NCBI GenBank assembly: GCA_951406725.2
Contig: OX597840.1
Coordinates: 3,348,001-3,412,000, forward strand
Direction of reading: 5' to 3'
DNA from: Octopus vulgaris
Taxonomy: Eukaryota
Length of the DNA stretch: 64,000 nucleotides
Both the position numbers and the translations under genes were made by a program. Below are positions 1 to 14,509 of this stretch, piece after piece (within the stretch, counting starts at the first letter, position 1; every line of letters starts with the position of its first letter). A model generated the notes under the pieces. That model was not told the origin of the DNA, made no database searches, and was given only the letters and a program-made list of their open reading frames with translations.

Positions 1-410
1 GCTCAGTGGTTGCCGATAATGTTGACTTGTTCTTCTTTTCGGATTATGGCTGCTGTTGCTTAGTGAGTGGGATTGACTCAGTGTGCACAGCCTTTCTTCA
101 CTTTAAAAAAAAATCTCCTTGCACAGGCATTGCACGATAACAACATTGATTAAGCTTCGTGCAATGACCATACTCGATAACGAGGGGTCGGCCACCACGT
201 ATGTACATACGTATCTATGTACATATACACACTCCCCCGATCAATACACATCCGGATTAAAACCAAGTCTAATCGAAATTAATCCTTAATATGAAAGCCG
301 CGTGGGTGTGGATAGGCCGACTTGCTTGATGATAAACTGACAATAATAGGTTTTTAGCGAGGATTTTGTAGAGCAAGGATGGGATTATCTCCTGCTGTTT
401 CATTAGGATC

Positions 411-659
411 AACACTATACTTAGATGCCTATTTCAAATCTTAACCAGCTACACGTCTCTTCTGTTCTTTTAAAAATTATTATAAATTTTCCACCGAGGA
501 GGGAGCTAGTTTCTAACAAAGATACAAGGCTCCATCTTTGGGATGTAGTTAAAACAGACGAATTCACATTCGGGACTTGGAGGAAATTCTTGCCTATGTT
601 TACTGTTCCACTCAAAGAATGTACGAATTAGTCGCTCGATTACTCTTTCTGAAAATAAT

Positions 660-693
<34 letters not shown>

Positions 694-941
694 TGTATGT
701 ATGTATGTATGTATGTATGTATGTATGCATGTATGTATGGAAGTATGCCAATTTTCAGTTTTAATTCAAGAGTTTTTATCAATTGTTAAAAAACCGGTTG
801 CTAACCTAGATCCAAATCTCATTCATTGGAATTTCAACATCTACAACGGTATTTTTGTATATATGTATGTATGTATGTATGTAAGTATGTAAGTATGTAT
901 GTATGTATGTGTGTATGTGTGTATGTATGTATGTATGTATG

Positions 942-972
<31 letters not shown>

Positions 973-1105
973 GTATGTATGTGTGTGTGTATGTATGTAT
1001 GTATGTATGTATGTATGTATGTATGTGTGTATGTATGTATGTATGTATGTGTGTATGTATGTATGTATGTATGTATGTAAGTATGTATGTGTGTGTGTAT
1101 GTGTG

Positions 1106-1136
<31 letters not shown>

Positions 1137-1359
1137 GTATGTATGTGTGTATGTATGTATGTATGTATGTATGTATGTATGTATGTATGTATGTGTGTAT
1201 GTATGTATGTATGTATGTAAGTATGTATGTGTGTGTGTATGTGTGTATGTATGTATGTATGTATGTATGTAAGTATGTATGTGTGTGTATGTGTGTGTGT
1301 ATGTATGTATGTATGTATGTATGTATGTATGTATGTATGTATGTATGTATGTATGTATG

Positions 1360-1390
<31 letters not shown>

Positions 1391-1517
1391 GTATGTATGT
1401 GTGTGTATGTGTGTATGTATGTATGTATGTATGTATGTATGTATGTATGTATGTATGTATGTATGTATGCATGTATGTATGTATGTATGTATGTATATAT
1501 GTATGTATGGATATATA

Positions 1518-1553
<36 letters not shown>

Positions 1554-1563
1554 TGTATGTATG

Positions 1564-1594
<31 letters not shown>

Positions 1595-2334
1595 GTATGT
1601 ATGTATCTATGTATATACACCTACGCTCGCGCACACACTCGCAATCACATATATAAATACGCACACTCACACGCACACACTCACGTACGCGTACACACAC
1701 AGATGCTATTCGAAATCAATAATAGAGAAACATGTGATACTAATTTCACTTCGTAAATTCGAAACACTTCCTTCAACACCATCAGAAAGAACACACCACC
1801 ACTACCACCATAATCACCACCGCCACCACCACCACCATCCTCACTACAACTACAACTACAATCTCCACCACCACCACCGGCACCACGTTTTGCCGCCTAC
1901 TCACTACAGCTATCGCATAAACCTTATTGGAACCCACTACTACCGACACACCATCCACCGATTCACTACCAGTATTATCCTCATCATCATCATCATTATC
2001 ATCATCATCATCATCATCGTCATCATCATCATCATCATTATCACCCATCCATCTATATATATATATATATAAGGAAAATGTATCTACATATATATATATG
2101 GAAAGAATATGCACACAGTTTACATAGTTTTGATAACACTATACTTAGATGCCTATTTCAAATCTATTTTATCTTCTGTTCTTTTAAAAATTAAAGAGGA
2201 GGGAGCTTACAAGGCTCCATTGGGATGTAGTTAAAACAGACTTCACATTCGGGACTTGGAGGAAATTCTTGCTATGTTTACTGTTCCACTAAAATGTATG
2301 AATTAGTCGCTCGATTACTCTTTCTGAAAATAAT

Positions 2335-2366
<32 letters not shown>

Positions 2367-2784
2367 TGTATGTATGTATGTATGTATGTATGTATGTATG
2401 TATGCATGTATGTATGGAATTATGCCAATTTTCAGTTTTAATTCAAGAGTTTTTATCAATTGTTAAAAAACCGGTTGCTAACCTAGATCCAAATCTCATT
2501 CATTGGAATTTCAACATCTACAACGGTATTTTTGTATATATGTATGTATGTATGTATGTAAGTATGTAAGTATGTATGTATGTATGTGTGTATGTGTGTA
2601 TGTATGTATGTATGTATGTATGTGTGTATGTATGTATGTATGTATGTAAGTATGTATGTGTGTGTGTATGTATGTATGTATGTATGTATGTATGTATGTA
2701 TGTGTATGTATGTATGTATGTATGTATGTGTGTATGTATGTATGTATGTATGTATGTAAGTATGTATGTGTGTGTGTATGTGTG

Positions 2785-2815
<31 letters not shown>

Positions 2816-3004
2816 GTATGTATGTGTATGTATGTATGTATGTATGTATGTATGTATGTATGTATGTATGTATGTATGTATGTATGTATGTATGTATGTA
2901 TATGTATGTGTGTGTGTATGTGTGTATGTATGTATGTATGTATGTAAGTATGTATGTGTGTGTGTATGTGTGTGTGTATGTATGTATGTATGTATGTATG
3001 TATG

Positions 3005-3035
<31 letters not shown>

Positions 3036-3036
3036 G

Positions 3037-3067
<31 letters not shown>

Positions 3068-3219
3068 GTATGTATGTGTGTGTGTATGTGTGTATGTATG
3101 TATGTATGTATGTATGTATGTATGTATGTATGTATGTATGTGTGTATGTATGTTGTATGTATGTATGTATGTATGTATGTATGTATGTATGTATGTATGT
3201 ATGTATGTATATATATATG

Positions 3220-3252
<33 letters not shown>

Positions 3253-3261
3253 GTATGTATG

Positions 3262-3292
<31 letters not shown>

Positions 3293-3835
3293 GTATGTAT
3301 GTATGTATCTATGTATATACACCTACGCTCGCGCACACACTCGCAATCACATATATAAATACGCACACTCACACGCACACACTCACGTACGCGTACACAC
3401 ACAGATGCTATTCGAAATCAATAATAGAGAAACATGTGATACTAATTTCACTTCGTAAATTCGAAACACTTCCTTCAACACCATCAGAAAGAACACACCA
3501 CCACTACCACCATAATCACCACCGCCACCACCACCACCATCCTCACTACAACTACAACTACAATCTCCACCACCACCACCGGCACCACGTTTTGCCGCCT
3601 ACTCACTACAGCTATCGCATAAACCTTATTGGAACCCACTACTACCGACACACCATCCACCGATTCACTACCAGTATTATCCTCATCATCATCATCATTA
3701 TCATCATCATCATCATCATCGTCATCATCATCATCATTATCACCCATCCATCTATATATATATATATAAGGAAAATGTATCTACATATATATATAATAAA
3801 AGAAAGAATATGCACACAGTTTACATAGTTTTGAT
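411..3835 (+). repeat. Head-to-tail tandem duplication of ~1.7 kb (copy A 411-2134, copy B 2135-3835)
   Basis: Both copies begin aacactatacttagatgcctatttcaaatct and end gcacacagtttacatagttttgat. Internal unique blocks (e.g. 1610-2090 vs 3312-3780) are nearly identical. Confidence 0.95.
860..1610 (+). repeat. (TATG)n compound microsatellite (counterparts at 665-738, 2337-2416, 2540-3310)
   Basis: Direct reading. It produces the MYVC/HTYI pseudo-ORFs. Confidence 0.97.
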
Positions 3836-4189
3836 ATATTTTATAAGTGAAAGATTATTGTGGTTGTCAACTGGTTTCGCTGTCGCTAAACATGACATTG
3901 AAATTATTGTAATCTCGTATTTTCTTAAGAAATTTTTAGTCCATGTTCTTGTATGAAATCGTTTTCCGCATTAAATGTAGAAGCGATGCCGAGTGATAAT
4001 TCAGCAAATAATTATACCATGTATAAGGTTATAAGCGATCACCACGTATTAACAAAAGACAATAGTCCAATATTGGAGCATGTAAGCCCTCGACGGAAAA
4101 AAAGTGGGCTTTCCGTATGGATGCGACTCGAACCCACAACAATTATAAACATTTGCCAGCAAGTATTTATTCATGCATAAATACTTTCG

Positions 4190-4528
4190 TTGTTTTCTTT
4201 GTCTCTATCTCACCTTCTTTTACTCATTTCTTTTAATAACTTTGTATTTTTTCTCTTTAATTCTCCTTCACTTTCTTTCACATGCTTTTTCTTCACCTTG
4301 TCCTTCTTCATCTTCTTTTTCTTTCTCTTCTTCTCCTCTTCCTTCTTCCTCTTTTTCTTCTTCGAACTTTTTCTTTTGCTTTCACTTCGGATTCTTCCAA
4401 ATGATATTTTTCCTATCCTCCTCCTTATTCTTCTTTCTCTTCTTCTCCCCTTCATCCTTTTCTTTTACTTTCTCTTCGAATTCTTCCTAATCATCTTTTT
4501 CTACTCATCCTTCTTCTTCCTCTTCCTC

Positions 4529-4562
<34 letters not shown>

Positions 4563-5880
4563 CCATCCTCTGCCTCATCGTCTTCAATGCTCTTCTCAAT
4601 CTTTCCCTTTCTACTTCTTTTCCCTCTTCCCTCTTCCCTCTTTCCCTCCGCCTTCATCTCCTCCCATGCCCACCCCCACCTTCATTCCTATCCTCTCTTT
4701 ACTCACCTATACCACTTCCATTATCACCTTGTGCCTACTAAACTTCTCCATTCTCTTTCTCTTGTTGATATTCCTAAAATTCCTGAAGGTTCTTGTTTCT
4801 GTTGCTGCCGCCGTTGTTCCTTTTATAATTATCATTGTTGCTGCTGTTGTAATAGTGCTGCTGTTGGTTTCCAGTTACGCTGCTATTGTTGGTTGTTGTT
4901 GCTGTTACTGATCTCCCACTTCTTGCTGCTGCTTCCCTTGTTGTTGTTCCGGCTGTTGTTGTTGTGGTTGTTGTTGTTGTTGTTGTTTTTTCCGTTGCCG
5001 CTGATCTTTTTCTTCTCGTCGTTATTGTTGTAGATCTTCTTTCTTTCTTCCTTATCATCTTTCTCTTCGTTTCCATCTTCTTCTTCTTCTCCTCCTCCTT
5101 CTTCTGTTTTCCACCTTCATTTCCTCCTTCTTGTTTTTCGTGTTCTGTTTCTTCCTTCTCCTCCTACTTCTTCTTTTCTTTCTTCCCTTCCTTCTCCTCC
5201 TCCTCACCCATCTACTTCTCCGTCTTCTTGTTCTCCTTCTTCTTCTTCTTCTTCTTCTTCTTCTTCTTCTTCTTCTTCTTCTTCTTCTACTACTACTACC
5301 TCTTCTTCTCCTTATCCTTCTTCTTCTTCTCCTTCTCCTTCTTCTTTTTCTTCTTCTTCTTCTTCTTCTTCTTCTTCTTCTTCTTCTACTACTACTACTA
5401 CCTCTTCTTCTCCTTCTCCTTCTTCTTCTTCTCCTTCTCCTTCTTCTTTTTCTTCTTCTTCTTCTTCTTCTCCTTATTCTCCTCCTCCTCCTCCTCCTTC
5501 TTCTTCTTCTTCTTCTTCTTCTTCTTCTTCTTCTTCTTCTTCTTCTCCTTCTCCTTCTTCTTTTTCTTCTTCTTCTACTTCTACTTCTACTTCTTCTTCT
5601 CCTTATTCTCCCCCTCCTCCTCCTCTTCCTTCTCCTTCTTCTTCTTCTTCTTCTTGTTCTTCTTGTTCTTCTTGTTCTCCTCCTCCTCCTTCTTTTTGTT
5701 CTTCTCCTTCCCTTTCTTCTTCTTCTCCTTCTCTTTCTTCTTCTTCTTCTCCTTCCCTTTCTTCTTCTTCTCCTTCTCTTTCTTCTTCTTCTTCTTCTTC
5801 TTCTTCTTCTTCTTCTTCTTCTTCTTCTTCTTCTTCTTCTTCTTCTTCTTCTTCTTCGTCTTCCTCTTTGTAGTCTTCCT
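4190..5880 (+). repeat. Polypyrimidine / (CTT)n low-complexity tract
   Basis: Nearly pure C/T, with long (CTT)n runs from 5040 to 5880. Confidence 0.95.
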
Positions 5881-6559
5881 CTTGTTGTTGTTGTTGCTGT
5901 TGTTGAGTTGTTATTTTTACCATTATCGTTGTCGTCAATGTTGTTCTTGTTGCTGTTATAACAGTAATCCACGTTACCGTTGTTGTTCTACTTCTTACCA
6001 CCATTTTCCATCTTATTAACTGCCGTTGTTTCCCTCGCTACTGTTGTTGTTATTGTTGTTGTGGTTACTGCTGCCGCTTCTGCAGTCACCACCACCGCAC
6101 TTACTATTGTTGTTGTCGTTGTTGTTGTTGTTAGCGGTGGTGTTATATATTTAACCTTATCCACGTATCTGGTATTGAATTTCACACCACGCAAATGCTT
6201 TCTACTCCTCCTTCTCCTCCAACACTACCGCCACCATTCACAGAAACTCATTTCAGCTTTCAACCTCCTTATGAAAAATTAAACTTTAATGAAAGATACA
6301 GCTATCTTCTTCCTGATGCCAAATTTGCGCAACTTAACACAAATCTAATGAAATCGAGAAATATGAAACGTATATACACATACATGCATATATATACGTA
6401 TATAAATTGTATATACATACGTGTATATGTATTCCGGTATGTATTCATGCACATGCATCTATACATATCTATATATGTATATACGTATGTGCATATATCT
6501 ATAAATATACAGATGAATTTTTATACGTATATATATGTATGTATATATACATACACATT

Positions 6560-6765
6560 CTTTTATGCTTTTGCTGGTTTCAGTCATTTAACTACGGCAA
6601 TGCTGGAGCACCGCCTTTTGTTGAACAAATTGACCCAGGACTTATTCTTTGCAAGCCTAGTCCTTATTCTACCTTCCCTTTTGCCGAACCGCTAGATTAC
6701 GAAGAGGTAAAGACACCAACATCAGTTGTCAAGCGATGGTGGGTGACAGACACGGACATAGAAAT

Positions 6766-6864
<99 letters not shown>

Positions 6865-7061
6865 CATATATATATATTTACACATACACACACACACACA
6901 CACATGTATATGATTAGGACGGGCTTTTTTCAGTTTCTGTCTACCAAATCGTATTCACAAGGCTTTGGTCGGCCCGATGAGGATACTTGCCCAAGGTTCC
7001 ATGCATTGGGACTGAACCCAAAACCACGTGGTTGGGAAGCAAGCTTCTTACCAAACAGCCG
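6560..7061 (-). mobile_element. tRNA-derived SINE, family A, with expanded internal (CA)/(TA) microsatellite
   Basis: Reverse complement of the 53897-54280 element (tttcagtcattt...atgctggagcacc...cttgcccaagg...gggactgaacc). Confidence 0.85.
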
Positions 7062-7149
7062 CTGTGTTAATTTCGTGATGTTTGATCGAAAACACGTTAT
7101 GCAAGCTAGGTCGTCTATATGTATACATACACAAACATAAAGATATATG

Positions 7150-7182
<33 letters not shown>

Positions 7183-7188
7183 TCGTAC

Positions 7189-7266
<78 letters not shown>

Positions 7267-7377
7267 TCGTCTATCTCACTGACAAACAAATATATTGTTA
7301 GACATCCATACTTTCAGACAGAAGTATATATAGGTATGTTAGACAGAAAGTGTAAGAGGAAGGTAGAAAAGAGACGT

Positions 7378-7455
<78 letters not shown>

Positions 7456-7456
7456 T

Positions 7457-7503
<47 letters not shown>

Positions 7504-7516
7504 GGATGGATGGATG

Positions 7517-7592
<76 letters not shown>
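7378..7592 (+). repeat. (GATA)n microsatellite
   Basis: Direct reading. Further arrays at 12780-12862, 13658-13737, 14340-14440 and 19530-19620. Confidence 0.97.
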
Positions 7593-7594
<2 letters not shown>

Positions 7595-10194
7595 AAACTA
7601 TCAAGTGAGGAAGCTCGTACAACCTACCACCTGTCTATTTCATAACGAACCTCACCTCAAGTTCAGAAGGCAGATCTTAGTTCTTCTAATTAAACTCCAA
7701 CAAATGCTTAAATGTTTCTAATGATATTTAGGTATATTAGTATGTTATTCTAATATTAGAATTTAATGGATTCTATGGATATTTTTATGTGCCGTGGGAT
7801 AAGATTACAACGAGTGTTCGCTGATAAAATAAGAAGAATGCTTTTAAAAGCTACCTACTGCATCGCTTGTGCTATATACTATACCTATCGATAAACGTTA
7901 ATTAATTAGTCAAACACAGTTTTCATTAAATAACTTTGCAACTTCCACTATTTCACCTTTCGTTCCATTCAAACAATGGATCCCTTGTAGAAGTGTTCTG
8001 CTGTTTCTAAGAAAACTTTTATTTCTTTGTCTATTTCTTTCCTATGATCACCGAATTGTTCTTATTTTTCATTTTTTCTTTGTGTGAATTTTTCAAATTA
8101 TAAAAATAAGTTATAGACAGGATGTATTTTTCCATCTATAAATAATACATCTACTTTTTTCTTTATTATATAAATAAAATTTCATAAATCAGTTAATTAC
8201 ATGGAGAAAATTTACCGGTCATATGATAACTCTAAACTACGTCCTTACTGATGGAAATTAAAATCATGTATTTTTTTAATTACTTCTGGTGTCATACGTG
8301 CTCCAGATCATACAAAAGTCTGGTCGCTCCCTAAGCTTATCAACCGTTTCCCATGTGAATTTATTTTAACTATATTTTCAATATCCAATATAGAATAAAA
8401 TACAAATGTAACTTCTGTTCATGGGTTTAAGGGAGAAATAGTCCTGACAGAAGCCAGCATCTCTCCGGGAGGGAGATATATTTGGCTCTCAAGGAGCGCA
8501 ACCATCTGTAACATATTCTACAATTCATTCTTGGTGGGAGCCTTTGCACTAAACCAGTGGGGCCAGGTTTAGTCGCCAGCCTCTTGAACATGAGCAAATA
8601 GTTACTGGATACAAGGATACCATTTTCAGGTTTCCTTCAGCCTGTGACCTGGCCGAGCCTAACTCAAGATCTGCGATCGGAGCGACTTAATTTCGTAATT
8701 AGTCACTGCTGAAAATATCAGGTTAGTTTTTATCGATTAGTAAAGGCGGCGTAGTGAGGAATTTTAAAAAGCTGTTCATTTTTTGTATTGTTTTTTTTTT
8801 CATCAGAGAAACTTGGTAGACTAACTGTTAATTATAGCTGTACTCTAATGCTAAACGTTAATTAGCGAAATTTTAATTAACAGATCGATATCGGGTTGTG
8901 TATTTAATGTATAATTTTGATTATGCATGCAAACTAGAGAAAGCCCTTCGTGTATGACCAGCAAACTTAAGACAGTGAACACTTGTTTGTATTTGTTTTC
9001 GTTTAAACAAAAATCAGATGCCGCGGCTATGAGCTCCGGAAGTCTCCAAGAGGTTTCATTGTTGAGGATGACGGCAATGTTCTACAGATATTTTTAAGGT
9101 GAATTATAGAGAGAAAATGGTCAGCAGAATTGGAATTCATACATATCCAGGTACAAGATATTCTGAAAGTTGTGTAACTCGGCGTTGCAGAGAAGATTTT
9201 GGAAAGGTAAGCTAGAGAAGAAAAGGGATCGTGCATCGGTGGCTTAGTGGTTATAGTGTGACGGTGGGTGAATATGTCACAATTAAGACCTGAACAGGAC
9301 TGAAGAGGACTGAAATGTATGTGTGTGAGTGTGAGAGAGACAGAGAAATGTGTATGGGAGTGTATGTGTGTGTGTGTGTGTGTTTGTGAAAAAGATGAAG
9401 AAAAAGTGATTGAGTTGCGACTGTGCTTCGGCTTGTGTGCGTACATGTTTGTGTCTGTATGCGTAAGCGCGTTTTGTGTAAATGTGTGTATATGTGTGTG
9501 TGCTGATTTTTTATGTGTTCGTGTTTTTTTACGAATGTATGTGGGTTTTTGCGTGTTTTTCTGGTGTTTGTGCGTTTGCGTATCTGCGAAGGACAGGCAT
9601 CGTCTCTTAGAACGGTATTCGAGTGCAGATGTCACTTAACGCCATAGATTCTTATTTAGAAAAAGAAGTCAAACCTTTCCGGTAAAGTATTAACAAAAGT
9701 CTGTAACTTAAACTTTATCTTTGGTGGACATGGCCATTTCAAGAAAACGAAGACATGCGTCAACCGCTACGCTCCATTTTGCACACATATATTCCGAGCA
9801 CCAAAGTGCCAAAGCACAATTAATACGTCATAAAATCCAGATTGAATATATATCTAGGGTCATACACACCCCAGAGATCTAACTCTAAGTTTAGTATTTA
9901 TAAATATTATATAGTCTGTCAAATTATATTCATTAATTACAATTAAACGGTTAAATACTGGTAACTACTATACGTTGTTGAAAATGTTTAATAAACATCA
10001 AAACCTGTCTCCGAGGATATAAAAATACAAGCAAATATTATATTTTGGTGATGAGATTTCATAAGGCCGGAACATATCCGAAACTCTTACCTCACTTCCA
10101 TAATATTGCATTTCTCTTAATTGATTTATAATTATTTCGAATTTATTACAATTGACTCTTCTCGGTTTTATTGACCCAAATTCGCAATAAAGTA

Positions 10195-10690
10195 AATGGT
10201 TTGAAATTTCGACATAAGTCCAGGGGCGTGGGTCGTTGGGGATTACATCGACCCCCCCCCCCCCGATCACCACTATCAATACTCAACTGGTACTCATTTT
10301 ATTGAGACCTGAATAGGGATTAGAGACAAAAGCGACCTCGGCAAAATTTGAACTTAGAACGTAAACACGGACGAAATACCGCTAAGCCTTTCGCCCGGTG
10401 TGCTGAAGATCGGGCAGTCTGCGGCCCTGTGTGACGCGACTAGTAAGACACTAATACGTTGATTACAAACTGTGGCACAAATCCAGTAATTTTGTGGTGT
10501 CGGTTCTGGGGATTTAGATTGACCCAGGCGGTCTTCTAGTATATCCTCACACCGACTTTATTGTATCGACCCGCGAAAGAGGATGAAAGACAAAAGCGAC
10601 CCCAGCGGAATTTGAAGAACGTAAAGACGACCAAAATAAGGCTCAGCACTTCGCCAGGTGTCCTAACGACCCTGTCAACTCCCCGCATTT
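10195..10690 (-). mobile_element. Two degenerate SINE family B copies (MetaSINE-like)
   Basis: Both match 30393-30622 (cgacctcggc..aatttgaact, ggatgaaag.caaa, cgaaataccgctaag). Confidence 0.75.
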
Positions 10691-11246
10691 CCTGACACTG
10701 ACACTGACGTATAAATATTTCTCTGAAGATGTATATCAATCATGTTAATTATCAACAGTAAAATTTACAGCGTGCACTGGCCACTCGGCGCAAAACTGAA
10801 GTCATAAGTTCAAACCACGGTATTAAATGTATTTCGTTAAAAAAATGTGATTCTTCTGCACACAATAAGACTAATGATGTTGTGACAGATCTAAGTCAAT
10901 GGTAGATAAGGTCAAGAGGTGAGCACAAATATTTCTCACACCACTTCCGTGAGATAAAGAATATGTATGGCACGATATTTAGTACCACCACGTACTATAA
11001 TATACATACCTACACTCATACATACATCAATACACACAAGCACTCATCCATATGTATATATATAGAAATATATATATACACACATATATAGATGCATATA
11101 CATATATACGTAGACTCACACACATGCACACACACGTACACACACACACACATATATAGGCACAAATATATTTCTAAATACGCATATACAATTTTACTAA
11201 TGTGTATATATATATGTATGCATGTAAGTATTTATATATATGTACG

Positions 11247-11283
<37 letters not shown>

Positions 11284-11519
11284 GTATATATATACATATA
11301 TATACATATATATACATATATATATACATGCGTATATATATATGTATATAAATGTATGTATATATATGTTTATATATGTGTGTATTTATAAATATATATC
11401 TATATATGTGTGTGTGTATGTATAAATAAATATATATATGTGTATATGTATGTAGGTATGTATATTACATGGCTCCGGGTTCAGTCGCACAATGTGGTAC
11501 TTTGGGCAAGTGTCTTCTA

Positions 11520-11558
<39 letters not shown>

Positions 11559-11582
11559 CACACACACGTATATATATACACA

Positions 11583-12670
11583 CAGGGTGCGATGGGTAAT
11601 TTGTCGACATTTTATATTTTTAATTTCATGCACGCGCTTTCTTTTTGATTTTGCCGACTACAGAGTATGCTAGGGTCATTTGGGCACCGTCTGTGAGAAA
11701 AACAGTATAATACCACAATTCACTCAGCCAGAAATTTGGAAATGACATGCCGTACTGCTTAGCATCCGGCTCGGAGGCTCTAATAGATATATTCCAGTGT
11801 GTTTGGCTGTAAATCTGAGGACAGTCGGGAAGATTCGGAAAGAGTTGGATTAGTTTAAAGTTGCTTACGAAGAGACGGTACCTTAGAAAATGCACACTGA
11901 TCGTTCTGCCCAGAAAAGTACTCCTGAATTTGTTGGTGAGGTCCAGGCTATGACTGACAATAATCCCTCCAAGTCAATCAGATCCATCGCCAGGGACATA
12001 GGGGTGTCTGAGTTTCTTTTCAGCCCGTAGTACAGGAAAACATTCGGTATTCCTCATACAAGATTAGAAGGGACCAATTTTTATCCCAAGCCATCAAGGA
12101 CAAGAGGAAAGACTCCAGCATCTCCTCCAACCGAACATGCTTTGGCTTTTCTCAGACGAGCAAAATTTCTGCCAGGGTCAGATGGTGAACACACCAAACA
12201 ACAGTTGGTGTTCCCTATCTCCAAAGCATGCACCGAGGCTGATAAAAATCAAACATCCAGTTAGCATCATTGTGTTTGCAGTTATAACTAGGGATTGTGA
12301 CGTTAAGCCGCCATTCATCTTCATACACAGCTGGCCTACAACAAGTGCCTGGAGTAGGTTGTGCTGTCCTGGTTCTAGAAGATGTTTGCTAGAAGACCCT
12401 GTGTCTGGCAACAGGACTCTGCACCATGCCACACAAGTATGAGACCCCAGTCATAGCTATCAGACAATCACTGAGACCACATCACCCCTAACTCCGTAGT
12501 CTGCAACCCCATTGAGCGTGAGAACAACAAAACTCTTTGTAACATCAAAGAGGAACTCAAGGCAAGGATTATCTCAGCATTCATCAACTTAAACGTCTGG
12601 AGGCCGTGAAGCCAATAGCGATTTAATTAGATGAATTTACTCTTTAGTATTTCAACATATATTTGTGCAA
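11583..12670 (+). mobile_element. Decayed Tc1/mariner DNA transposon (resembles the DD37D/maT type); transposase pseudogene
   Basis: Starts with TIR-like cagggtgc. Translated fragments are PSKSIRSIARDIGVSE (HTH), MLWLFSDEQNF (first catalytic D) and VWQQDSAPCHTS (second D). There are stops, frameshifts and a deletion near the third-D motif, so the D-D spacing cannot be counted in this copy. Confidence 0.88.
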
Positions 12671-12803
12671 GGTAGGTCGGTAGGTAGGTAGGTAGGTAGA
12701 TGTAGATAGACCCATAGATACATACATAGATTAACAGAAAGACAGATAGACAGGTAGATAGACAAACAAACAGACAGATACGTAGATAGATAGATAGATA
12801 GAC

Positions 12804-12862
<59 letters not shown>

Positions 12863-13475
12863 CAGAAAGAGCGAAATACGTGGTGGGTGTGCACAAGTAT
12901 TGTTGCATACAGATGTATGTTCAGGGAAATGTTAAATAAGTACACGTCGCTACTTAGACAATTCCATTGTGAATAATTCAAGCATACAGCACCTTGTTCA
13001 TTGTGGCAATATTAATAGGCACTTTAATTGTGAATTCATGAACTTGCTATACTGGATGACAAACTAGTATGCGAGCAAGAAGAATAACGACACAGTCAAT
13101 GACGGTAATATGAATAATAATAATAGTAATAATAATAATAATAATAGTAGTAATAATAATAATAATAATTAATATTAATAATGGTGGTGGTAGTGGTGGT
13201 GCTGGTGATGAGAATAGAAATTATTTGTAGTATTGTTGTTTGTGTTGTTGTTATTCTAATTATTAATATTATTGTTTTTGTTATTATTTTTCATTATTTG
13301 CCATTCATCACAGACAAAATGCAGCTTCTGTTAGCAAGAATTGCTGAGAAGGGAGACGATACACTAAATATAACTGTACGTGTGTGTCAGTATCTGTGTG
13401 CGTGTGTAAGTGCGTGTCTGGATGACAGAGTGTATGTGAATGAGTGTGTATGTGTATATATATATATACATATAT

Positions 13476-13514
<39 letters not shown>

Positions 13515-13655
13515 TATATTGATACATATGCACTCGCACATATATATACATATGTATACACACATATGCACATATTTATACATACACATATAGACATATA
13601 AACACAGACATATATATATATATATACACACATACACACACACACACTCATACAT

Positions 13656-13738
<83 letters not shown>

Positions 13739-13789
13739 TGTATATATACACCTATATATGAGAAATAGAAGTTGAAAATGCACTCAGAT

Positions 13790-14349
13790 TACTTAGAATA
13801 TTTTTTATTAATATATTTGAAGTGCTAACCGTTTTCACATTTTACACTGATCTTCAAAAAGTCCAAATAGAAAGACGTGGCTTATTATGTCACTGCTGCC
13901 TTGCATCTGACAAGTGTTTGAAGTTTGCCTTGCTTTTATAAGGAGTTCGTGGATGGCTTAAATTAGTATATATTTCGAATAGGACTTGATTGGTAGGAGA
14001 TAGTCACATGATTGCACGCTACGTCCGTGTGTTAGTAACAAGTGACAATGTTTGACGTCGTTAAGGTTGACACAGTTGACTGAACAAGTTCAAACAATCA
14101 ATGCTCTGAATCTTCTGTCAAGTGTTTGTAGAGAATGAACATCTGATTAAGTTTATAACCTTTTCTACATTTCCCGCTAGGTGCGTGAGATGCTGTCACG
14201 AGGGAGTATATTTAGCATCTAAAAAGATGGCCGGCACGGTTGAGTGAACTGGCGTAAAAATAATCAAGGCATTCCAAATTTAATCTATCTGGTGGGAGAG
14301 TGGACAGAAGACTTTCTTTCTATATCTATATCTCTCTCTCTATCTATCC

Positions 14350-14440
<91 letters not shown>

Positions 14441-14442
14441 CA

Positions 14443-14509
<67 letters not shown>

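Noticed and set aside
1782-2114. Acidic poly-Asp protein with a hydrophobic tail (ORF 1782-2114 and its copy 3484-3747)
   Set aside because: It derives from decayed (CAT)n/(CAC)n repeats, with no splice or composition support.
9027-9310. Coding exon in ORF 9027-9635
   Set aside because: Half of the ORF is (CA)n-derived. The rest has no recognisable domain and is more likely a retroelement relic.
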